Assembly: GCA_000004985.1 (NCBI GenBank)
Contig: GG738886.1
Length of the DNA: 64,000 nucleotides
Reading direction: 5' to 3' (one strand)
Source: Naegleria gruberi
Taxonomy: Eukaryota
Positions 34,270 to 43,764 of this stretch are shown here, in pieces; position 1 is the stretch's first letter, and each line of letters begins with the position of its first letter. The position numbers and the translations under genes were made by a program. Under the pieces are notes generated by a model, which made no database searches, was not told the origin of the DNA, and worked only from the letters and a program-made list of their open reading frames with translations.

Positions 34270-35874
34270 ATGAAGAAGAGCAGCAGCCACAATTTGATAA
34301 CCCTCTCACAACTCGAACAACACGACGGAGTGAAAAATTCACAACTCTGGATACTTCTCTATGGGAAAGTGTACGATATTACTGAATTTGCTGATAAACA
34401 TCCTGGTGGTCGTGAAATGATAGAAACAGCTTGTGCAAGAGATTCTACTGCACTGTTTGAATCGTATCATTTGTCATCCCATTCGATTAGTAGAATATTC
34501 TTGAGAGATGATGGGAATAATAATAATCAGTCGATGATTAAGTATATTGGTGAATTTGATGAAGAAACAAAGCAAGAAGATGTAAATGATTCCAAGATCA
34601 AGTTTAATTTCACAGATTACAAGATTGCAAAGAAACAAGAAAATAGAACGATGAATATTTATGAAATTTTGAAAGAGCAAATAAGAAATGACTTGTTTAT
34701 TCCTGCCCTTACAAGACAAGATTTTAATCTTAACATTAGAAGGGTTTCTCTCTTGAGATTGTTGAATGCAATCTTCATTTTCTCAGGGTTGTTAGCTTGT
34801 CAGCTTTTATCTCAATACTTGACAGGATTACACCTGTCACTTGCCATTATTCTAGCATTCTTGGGAGGTGTATTTCACCACTTGTCCCTTGTCCACGTTG
34901 CTCATGATGCTGGACATGGAAGTTTCACAGATTTCCCAACCTTGTGGAGAATGATTGGACATGGTTGTTCCTATTTGTTGGGACAATCATTCTATCTTTG
35001 GACCATTAGACATAACATTGCTCACCATGTGTAAGTAGCACTTAACTTTAGCAATTAGATTAACATTTATAGATATACGAATATGAGTGAAATCGATCCA
35101 GATATCAGTATTTATGAAAGAGGTAACGTAAATTCACAAGAAAGATCACTACCTGATAAAAAGTATCCTAAATCAGGAGAGAAAACCTCCACCCCAATCA
35201 AGATTATGTCTGTAACTGGTTCAATTGTATTTTTACCAATCATGTATAGTTTAGTTATTGTTTATATGCAACTTAAGGATTTGGCACATTATTGGAGGAG
35301 ACGTGTTAGTGATGGTGTTGGATTTGCATCCCCAACTTGGAGCTTTACAACATTCCATTTCTATGCAAGTAAGATTGTCTTTGTAATGTACCGATTAATC
35401 TTGCCAATGGTCCTCTTTTACTCTACAGATGGTCATTTCGGTAGAAATGCATTAGAATCTGTACTGATATTTAGTGTTACTGAAGTTGTAGCAGGTCTGT
35501 TATTTGGTTTCTTTTCTCAAATCAATCACATCTCTGAGAAGTGTAAATTCAGTCACTTGAAGGAAGGAGCCCTCAACAATAGAGACGAATTGGATTGGGC
35601 AACTATCCAAATCACAACAAGTGTCGACTATTGTCATGACAGTTATTTGTGGACCTATCTATCTGGGTTTTTGAACCACCAAGTTATTCATCACTTATTT
35701 CCAAGTATTAACCCATGGCTATATCCAAAGATTGTTCCAATCGTTAAGAAAGTCTGTAAGGAGAATAACATTGAATATACCATTTACAACAACTTTTGGG
35801 ATGCTATGACTGCTCATGTGAGACAAGTGACCAGTTTTGTGGATACCAAGAAGCTTCTTGCTGAAATAAATTAA
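34270..35874 (+). CDS. cytochrome b5-fused front-end fatty-acid (or sphingolipid) desaturase, 2 exons
   Basis: Exons 34270..35030 and 35073..35874. The 42-nt intron 35031..35072 runs GTAAGT...TATAG, and splicing gives ...HNIAHH-VYTN-MSEIDPD... The N-terminal cytochrome b5 heme motif is HPGG. Three His boxes are present: HDAGH, HNIAHH and QVIHHLFP (the Q-for-H third box is typical of front-end desaturases). Total 520 aa. Confidence 0.75.
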
Positions 35875-35912
35875 TTGGAAAATTTTATTTAAGCATTTTC
35901 TTAATAATGTGA

Positions 35913-35986
35913 GCCTTCCTAGCTCAGTTGGCAGTAGCGCTGTCCTAGTAAGACAGAGGTCTTGGGTTCGATTCCCAAGGGAGGCA
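35913..35986 (+). tRNA. tRNA-Thr(AGU), copy 2, identical to copy 1
   Basis: The 74-nt sequence matches 33720..33793 exactly. About 40 nt of 5' flank and ~12 nt of 3' flank are also conserved. Confidence 0.88.
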
Positions 35987-37133
35987 TTCTTTTAAGGTAT
36001 AAGCAAACAGAATTGATATTGGATTGTGGACATCAGTTTGTTAGTTAGTAGCCCTGGTATAATACAAACCCTTTTGCACTGAAAAAGATTTTGTAAGTTG
36101 TGACGAACAACCACTCATATTTTGCTTGTGTGTATTGTATTTGTTTCGTATTTGGATGAATTAACTCATTCAAAATAAACAGTGGTCAAAGAATGAATTT
36201 AGGTTTTCAATATGCATTCAACTTATCATGGAAAATAGTCCTCGTATTAAGAAATAAGGAAAAAGGAACCAATGTTGCCAAGCTACTAGGAGAGAGAACC
36301 AAGTGCAGACGAAACAATTGCAACTTCAAACAGCTGGTGACAGAAACTCTTGGAGAGTAAGAGGAAAATAGCAAGTGATTGCATTGCTGGAAGAGTAATA
36401 CCAAGTCGAAATTGAAATACACACTATGGAAACAAGACGACAAACAACATGAAAGAACACAAATCAGTGGGATGGACAATGTAAATACACCACCAGATGA
36501 AGTTCCGTTAGACCTTTGAAATGTACAAGTTACAACTTGAATAGGAGAGCTCACCTCCTCGTTGAGTACCTTGTGATGACCGTATAAGATAGCAAGAAGT
36601 CCAAATTTCAACTTTGTTAGAATTTTTTCAATGTTGTCAGCACTGGTCATTCCACTAAACAATAACCGTAGATTCTCAATAAATATCTAGATGCAAAATT
36701 GATTAGTGCATCAGGGTACGAAAATGATAGAATTTCAAACAACTGTAGATTCAAAAATAGATCATGTTCATGATGCAAACGAAAAGTCACTAATCACGAT
36801 TCACTACATTTCGGAAGAATATTCATGTTTTTGTGATCCAATGTACTCATTGAGATTGACCTTCTTTATTTACAGCTAAATTCTCTCTACGCTATTTTTA
36901 TCAGTATACTGCCGTATAAAGGTGAACTTGGAAATTAAATAAATTGTAAAGTATTAAATTGGATCAAAAAGGATAAATAGTTTCCAATAAACGCTTGATG
37001 TTTACGAATGTGAAGAGCTGTTCAGAGGCGGTTTATTTTTAAATTCATGGTCTTATCAATTTTGCTATTTCTTTACTCTTTCGGCAAGCATTATTAGAAA
37101 CAACAAGAAAAAAATTAACTAAACATCAACAAT

Positions 37134-37892
37134 ATGATAACTGCCGAACAATTTGGTTTATTAGAATCAGGCCCAACTTTCAACTATTGGATCTACGTGC
37201 CAATAGGATTAACTCTCGCTTCAATGCTCATCTCTGTCATGGCTCAATATTTTTCCTATTTTTGGCCAACCATAGAAATCAAACCACAATTCAAGAATAA
37301 GACAACACATTACGTTTTCCTTTCGTATTGTGTGAATCACTCACTTGCTGCAATTTTGACAACTTGTGTTGCTGCCTATACTTACTATTATGGTAGCTGT
37401 TATGAATCGAATATCTTTTCGATGGAACCATTCGAAATGATGTGTTATTTGATGAATGTCATGTGGTGCACCTTGCAACAGGTATTAATTTATGACTTTT
37501 TGATTTATGCTTTCCATAGATCTTGTCATACCAACAAGTGGATGTATATTCACATCCATAAATGGCATCACGAAAATAATACTCCAAATGGGGTATGTGA
37601 TGCTATTTATGGTGATGCATTTGAAGGAACTTTGGTAGCATACTTTGGAGTTGGTCAAATGATGTTCTTCTCCTTGCCAGCTAGCTCTATTTGTTTATTC
37701 TTATTCTTGATTAGTTTCTTTGTGCAATTAAATCATTGTGGACGAAAGGTCAGAATTCCATATGTTTATACTTACAAATTCCATGCTGTTCACCATAGAC
37801 ATTTCAAGTGGAATTTTGCTGAACATTTGCCTGTTTGGGATTTCTTATTTGGTACAATGAAATTGAATGAAATTAGTGATGAACAGTTTTAA
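37134..37892 (+). CDS. fatty acid hydroxylase superfamily enzyme (sterol desaturase / C4-methylsterol oxidase family)
   Basis: Single-exon 252-aa ORF with several hydrophobic segments and the three-box di-iron motif HRSCH ... HKWHH ... HAVHHRH. Confidence 0.7.
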   Translation: MITAEQFGLLESGPTFNYWIYVPIGLTLASMLISVMAQYFSYFWPTIEIKPQFKNKTTHYVFLSYCVNHSLAAILTTCVAAYTYYYGSCYESNIFSMEPFEMMCYLMNVMWCTLQQVLIYDFLIYAFHRSCHTNKWMYIHIHKWHHENNTPNGVCDAIYGDAFEGTLVAYFGVGQMMFFSLPASSICLFLFLISFFVQLNHCGRKVRIPYVYTYKFHAVHHRHFKWNFAEHLPVWDFLFGTMKLNEISDEQF

Positions 37893-38096
37893 ATTCTATT
37901 CGAAAGGAAGAACACCAAAAATATAGAAACATGTACATAATAATAATACTAACGAGAAAGTTTCAGTGCGATAACACGGAAACAACCAAAAAACAAATAA
38001 AAACTAATTTAAATTATTAACAAAAAATTATTTTACAAATTTGGAAATATTTCTAATATAGAAATTTTTGAAAAATTACCTTCTCTGAATTGGTTC

Positions 38097-39329
38097 TTAA
38101 TAATTTCTATAATGTTCTTCTCTCTGACTTGTCAAATCTCCATTTCTCATATCATTAACATATGTTTGTCTAATATTCTCCATCATACTTTCCTCAGTTG
38201 CCTTTACAATTTGTTCCTTTTCCAATATTTTCCTCTTTCTCAGATAAGATAATGAATCAGTTGTAGATTTTCTCAGATTTGAATTATCAGATATTGAGAG
38301 AATATTCTGAGTTTGGTCACCAACTTGAGTAGTTTGTAAAATTGAAAGTGAGTAAGAGTAAGCTTGAATGGACTGAAACACTGAGGGGACAATGTCCATT
38401 CTGACAGGTTCTAGATAGGTTGGAGGTTTTGATGGAAGGAATTTCTTGACTTGAATGACATTTCCATTTTGGGAAAGTGATTGTTTGTTGAGAGAATTGT
38501 TGGATTGCAAATTATTTTTGATAAATTGCAAGATTTTCAAACTATTTACATGATTTTTGAATTCCATTGGGAAAATGATCCAATCTTGAGCTGATTTCCA
38601 AATATGGAACATTATCAACATGAATCTGATAATTAATTTTTCATTTACAGATGCATCTCTCATTTCTAATACAGCACCTGATATAAATTCAGTGAATGAA
38701 CAATAGGATTCTGTAAATATTCTGTGAATTCTTTTTCTAACTTGACCACTAATATAATTGGAATATTCATTACTTTCCATATTTGTATAATTGCTATTAT
38801 TCTCGCAAATTACTTTACAACAAGTTATAATAATTTTAGAAAATAAATACAGCATGGTTGATTGCATATTGGATCCTTCATCAACTAGAAATATTATAGG
38901 AAACGGTGCTTGACCGCCATTTTTGGAATTATCAAAATATGTTAATAAGCTCTTCATCGTATTTTTAATCAAAATGGAATTATTCTTATCCGAATCATCC
39001 AAGCATATTATTCCACCTTGATATTCCTCCATATTTAACTGCTCTTTTGATTGAAAAATCACTTTCCGAACATCTTTCGTCTGAATATTCGAAACAGCTC
39101 CATTATTTCTTGAAGAATCCAACATACTTCTCCCCGAAACACCTTTCAATTGCTGTATAGTTGCTACCTGCAAACTAAACGGTATTTCACACTCATTATT
39201 TAACCAACCAGACAACTCCGAAACGTCCAACCTCGAAATTACAAATAATTTTGTTGAATTTCTCGAAGATTTCAAGTTTCCTTGCTGATCAGAAATGTTT
39301 CCTTGATTTGCTGTTGTGTTTGAAAGCAT
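38097..39329 (-). CDS. hypothetical protein
   Basis: 410-codon ORF with an A-rich start context (ataaaaaaaATG). Composition and codon usage look like neighbouring genes. No family recognised. Confidence 0.45.
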   Translation of the reverse strand: MLSNTTANQGNISDQQGNLKSSRNSTKLFVISRLDVSELSGWLNNECEIPFSLQVATIQQLKGVSGRSMLDSSRNNGAVSNIQTKDVRKVIFQSKEQLNMEEYQGGIICLDDSDKNNSILIKNTMKSLLTYFDNSKNGGQAPFPIIFLVDEGSNMQSTMLYLFSKIIITCCKVICENNSNYTNMESNEYSNYISGQVRKRIHRIFTESYCSFTEFISGAVLEMRDASVNEKLIIRFMLIMFHIWKSAQDWIIFPMEFKNHVNSLKILQFIKNNLQSNNSLNKQSLSQNGNVIQVKKFLPSKPPTYLEPVRMDIVPSVFQSIQAYSYSLSILQTTQVGDQTQNILSISDNSNLRKSTTDSLSYLRKRKILEKEQIVKATEESMMENIRQTYVNDMRNGDLTSQREEHYRNY

Positions 39330-40073
39330 TTTTTTTATAAAATTTGTAATTTTTCAATTGTTAATGCTGAACTCCTAAAGTTTACAAAAATAGATAGTTT
39401 ACAAAAAATAAATTCCGAAACGGCTCCTTGTGTTTCCAATTGTATTGAAGATAAATCGTTCTGTGATCTGGTAATTGATTATCTCGCGAGATTAAAGGAT
39501 GTTCTTACTAATTAGTTTAGAATACCATAAAAAACAATTTATTCGAAACTAAATCTTTGTTGGTTGACTTTCAGATTTAATATCAGGAATGATGAATGGC
39601 ATCACTGCATGAATGAGAGCACACATGTTTCGAATATGACAAATTGTAATTTAATTATTTGAGTGCGTTTTGAGTTCTGGAAAGAAAACTGAATGTTTGT
39701 AGTACAATTCTATATTGTTTTTAATTTTGATTTTTTTTCCACTTCTGTATTTCTAAATATTCAACCAAGTGAATGATTGGAAAATTCCTCATTCTCTTCT
39801 ACCAGAGTTTCTATTCAATGTGATGTCATTAATAGTTTTGTGGATTCTGGTAATTTGAGCCTTCATCCTTAATATTGGTGACATGTCAGCATTTGAGCTT
39901 TATAAAACTTATTCAGTTGGATGTTGAAGCAAGACTAAATTAGTGATTTGCCAAAAATTGGTAATGTTCAAAATAAATTTAATAAGGAAATGTAAAGCAT
40001 GGAAACATTGGTTGTGTGGTTGTTATAAAACTTCTTCAAATATTAATGCTCAACTTGAAAATTAAAATCACAG

Positions 40074-40144
40074 GGGGCGAGGGGGAATCGAACCCCCGGC
40101 CACAGCTTTGGAGGCTGCGATGTTACCATTACACCACCGCCCCT
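40074..40144 (-). tRNA. tRNA-Trp(CCA)
   Basis: The reverse complement GGGGCGGTGGTGTAATGGTAACATCGCAGCCTCCAAAGCTGTGGCCGGGGGTTCGATTCCCCCTCGCCCCC folds as a cloverleaf. The anticodon loop CTCCAAA gives anticodon CCA. Confidence 0.85.
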
Positions 40145-40205
40145 GTACATTTGAATTCTCAAACACAATGATTTTGACCTATCCTTAACTCGTAAAAATT
40201 GTAGT

Positions 40206-41210
40206 TTATTGGATGTTCAAACCAGTTGCCAAAATTGTTTGTTGTCTCAAACTCACAACAACTCGAAGCAATTTAGTTGCCAATTTCGAAGGTTGCTTTC
40301 CACTTGCTTTCTTAGTTTCCTTTACAAGAATTAACAAATCGACTGGAAGAGCAGCAAAAGGAATCACTCCCTTAATCACCAAACTAGCCAACGACAAGGA
40401 AGCACAATAATCATTGGTCATGAGTCCTGAATTCTTGAAATCCTTCTTTTGATTACCTGTTAAAGATTGAACAAAATTGAAAACATTTACAACACAATTA
40501 TTTCCAATGCTAATCATGCAAGAATCCATTTCTGGATATTTGGATCTTATCACATAGATGTGGGAAATTATTTCATTGACCATTTGTGTGTCCTTTGCTA
40601 ACAATTCTTGAACTTGTTTGGCAGTATTCTTGGCATGTTTCCATTCTTTGAAACTGGCCACTACTGCTTCTGTTGTTCCTGATCCAATAACTAGTAATCC
40701 AGTTCCTGTAGCCACTAGAGAACCTCCAAATGTGAGTGGACTTCCCAATAATCCTCCAACTTGGAATTATTTTCATCAAATTCGATTGAGTATGTTGTAA
40801 AACTTACGAATAAGTGCTGCCCCAACAAGATTGGTAGCCGTTCCGTTTGCTTTCTTCTTTGCAGCTTCTTGTTGTTGATAATCTAATGCATGAATCATTT
40901 GTTCTAGTACTGAGATTAATCCCAATCTTTCTTGAATCCATTCTTGAGTTTTTCTTTCAACATTTGAAAGTTGTTCACTCAATAGACTATTGGTTTGATC
41001 TGGTAAGTCATATTTCACAAAAGATTGGTTGTTTGGAGTGAAAGATGGCAATGGCTCCTTTTCATATGGATTAATAACTTGCTCCCTCAACGAGTTAAAT
41101 GATGGATAGCAAACATTACCAGATAAGAGATGTGAACTCTCATTGATTAATGACGAAAGTTCTGGTGCAGGGGTTGAATCTGCATTAGTTTCAGAGTATG
41201 GATAATACAT
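40206..41210 (-). CDS. ApoL (apolipoprotein-L)-like membrane-insertion domain protein, paralog 1, 2 exons
   Basis: Exons 41210..40808 and 40759..40206, with a 48-nt intron 40807..40760 (GTAAGT...CCAAG). Splicing yields ...KKKANGTATNLVGAALI-L-GGLLGSPLTFGGSLVATGTGLLVIGSGTT.... Its paralog at 43765..45090 encodes this stretch in a single exon, which validates the splice. The Gly-rich hairpin plus flanking helices resemble the ApoL membrane-addressing/pore region (GTTIANVVSGSL...LAPFTEGGSL...). Confidence 0.55.
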
Positions 41211-41860
41211 GTTGTTGAAATTGATTGGCTGGTTTTTTTCTTTTTGCTATCAGTAATTGTTTGGCTGATTTGTTTTTATAGTAAGCAAGGCAACAACATA
41301 TTTTAGAATCTTAATGGAAAAGGAATATGGAATGGAGTGTAAAAATTAAAGTGCTACGAAGTGTGAAATCACCCAAAAAGGAACAAGTGCTCGCTTTTCC
41401 TGTTAATTGCAATCAACCTTTGCCGACTCGCAACAGAAAGAGATTGTAAGTGGTCCATTTTGTTTAAGGAATTCAATGATTTTCAAAGTTTCCAATTTCT
41501 GTCTTTCCAAATAGAGCTTTTCAACCATTCTCAAAATTGACAATCCATTACAATTCAATAATGAATGGAAACTTGAAAATTACAATTTTTATAAATTTTA
41601 ACTTAATTTTTGACTTATTTCAATATTCACATAAAGAAAATTCGCTTTATAATATCTCCAAATACAATCCCTTACTATGGATATTTAGGTTCATGTACTT
41701 GTTTGGCGCCAAATCACTACAAATTTTTTGTCTTTATTTAAAAAAAAATTGTGCTGGCTGTTGAGGAACATTCACGTGAAAAGCTTCCCTGAAAACGTTT
41801 TATTCTTTGTACCCACCAAGTTATTTGTATATAAATAATCGGAAAATTCTTAGAGAGGAG

Positions 41861-42043
41861 ATGGCAGATTTTACAACTGAGGAATATGTTGCTGTTGCAC
41901 TGTGTTCAGCCTTTGTGATTTCTTTGATATTGATCGTAATTTCTATTGTGGTTGGAGTAAAACTTCATGCCAGAAGAAAACTGCATCAAATTCGAGCACT
42001 TGTTGATGAACAGCAGGAATCGGAAGAAACAAAACAAAATTAA
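41861..42043 (+). CDS. small single-pass membrane protein (60 aa), hypothetical
   Basis: ATG at 41861 in the context gagaggagATGg. MADFTTEEYVAVALCSAFVISLILIVISIVVGVKLHARRK... has one clear TM helix and a basic stop-transfer. Short ORF, low confidence. Confidence 0.3.
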   Translation: MADFTTEEYVAVALCSAFVISLILIVISIVVGVKLHARRKLHQIRALVDEQQESEETKQN

Positions 42044-42420
42044 CAAGCTAACAAATCGGAATTTTTGAATACTAGCTATAACAACGTTCTGAATTTCTTG
42101 CACTCAACATAATGAGATAGAGTTTACTATACAAAATATATTGTAGTCAAGCAAGAAAGAAAATACTAAGGAATTGAATCAATTGATCATCTCTTCGCAC
42201 ATTGAACCAAAAGAATTAACCTAAATTCGCCGAACAAATAACAATTATGGCTACCAGTTCTTGTAAGGATTGCAGAAAAAAACTTTAAAAAAATAACACA
42301 ACTTGTTCTTCTGATCTTTAGACAGGCTAATCATCAAAACGTCGTTGTCATCTAGGAAATAACACACTTTGTTATACATCATCATCCTCATCTACTTAAT
42401 ATTATCAACAAAATACAATA

Positions 42421-42924
42421 ATGGCTGAAGACGGAAGAATTCAAACAGTTTGGGTTATGATTTTATTGTTCACTTCTTGTTGTTTCTTTACATTTGTTGC
42501 TATCCTTTTCGGCATTATTGCTTCTGCAATTACCGACCCTAACGAAATGTCTAATGCCATGTCTTGTACAGTGCTGAAACCACAAGTGAATTGTAAAACA
42601 TGTGAAGGAACCCATACTTGTTGCGAAGCTATTGTAAAAGTTGCCCCTGGAACACTCTTTGCTAATGTAACCAATTTCCAACCAATAAGAACAACTGAAG
42701 AATTTAGTAGTGAATCAACCTATTATTCATATGCCGCCAATTCTACAGTAACTTGTTATGTAGGAATTGACCCAGAAAGTGAAGAGGCTCACTATGCCAA
42801 GTATGATGGACCAAAAGTTGAATTGAAGACTGTTGCTATCGTCACTGGTTGCATTGCCATTTGTTATACTGCTGGTTTGATTTTGGCCCCATTCTTCTCC
42901 AAATCTCTTCAACAAACTCACTGA
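42421..42924 (+). CDS. hypothetical two-TM membrane protein with Cys-rich extracytoplasmic loop
   Basis: 167-aa ORF with an aatacaataATG context. The N-terminal TM is VWVMILLFTSCCFFTFVAILFGIIASAI, the C-terminal TM is VAIVTGCIAICYTAGLILAPFF, and the loop holds 8 Cys. Confidence 0.45.
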   Translation: MAEDGRIQTVWVMILLFTSCCFFTFVAILFGIIASAITDPNEMSNAMSCTVLKPQVNCKTCEGTHTCCEAIVKVAPGTLFANVTNFQPIRTTEEFSSESTYYSYAANSTVTCYVGIDPESEEAHYAKYDGPKVELKTVAIVTGCIAICYTAGLILAPFFSKSLQQTH

Positions 42925-43258
42925 GAAAACTAATTGTACATTTTGCTAATAATACTTCGTACAAACCTATTATCCAAAAATTCTATTGAATGTTATTTGG
43001 AATTTTAAATTGCAATCATGTGAAATATTTCCGAAATCAAAAATAAAAAAATAAAAAATTAATTTTAATTCAATTTGGCAATACTGCTATTTGTATGTGG
43101 TATGGGGCAGAGAACAGTGAATAATAATGGCAACTCAACTCTTACCATCAAAGTTGAACTCTAGCATCAGTAAAGTTACTGGGCTATTTCTAGCTCTTTT
43201 TATGGTAAGTTCAATAAACTTGTTCTAATACTATTTTCTAGTGAAAATTACCAAGAAA

Positions 43259-43329
43259 TCGGGTGTGGTATAGTGGTAGCATTCCAGACTGTCACTCTGG
43301 CGACCCGGGTTCAATTCCCGGCACTCGAG
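43259..43329 (+). tRNA. tRNA-Asp(GUC)
   Basis: 71-nt cloverleaf: TCGGGTG...CACTCGA acceptor with discriminator G, anticodon stem CCAGA/TCTGG, loop CTGTCAC giving anticodon GTC. Layout matches animal tRNA-Asp, including the 5' T. Confidence 0.85.
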
Positions 43330-43764
43330 ATTAATTTTTGACTCTATCTCCACTACTTAAGTTTTAATTTTTTCCTCATATGAATACTGGCATGTAATCA
43401 CCTATTTTACAATTTTCAAATCTTCATCTCCTAATTCCATAGAAAAAATAGTCAAAGGTTAAACTCTTTAATTTTTCTTTCAAAAAATAATGGATGAATT
43501 TTTTGGCGTATATCATTGGTACTGATTATTCTTGAAAAGGAAAAAGACTACAGCACCACAGGTTCCCAAGTTGTCTCCAACCTCAGTACTGATGTGGCTC
43601 GACGATGCTTAACTTCTCAAACGGGATGAGGTGCATTATGTAGCCAATCATTATTTTAAAATCTTAATATTGAATAAGAAATGATTTGGATATTGTTTTA
43701 AATTTCTTTGAATCTGGTACTTGTAATTAAAATCTGGTATGATTGTGGATAAAACTACAATTTA

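Noticed and set aside
36207-36662. 151-aa minus-strand ORF between tRNA-Thr copy 2 and the hydroxylase gene
   Set aside because: It is low-complexity and L/S/C-rich, with no A-rich start context and no recognisable domain. It is likely non-coding or would need unverified splicing.
43128-43258. 26-codon signal-peptide-like ORF (MATQLLPSKLNSSISKVTGLFLALFM) followed by a GTAAGT...TTTCTAG intron-like segment directly upstream of tRNA-Asp
   Set aside because: After the putative splice the frame hits TGA immediately. It is too short and unsupported, and is likely fortuitous.
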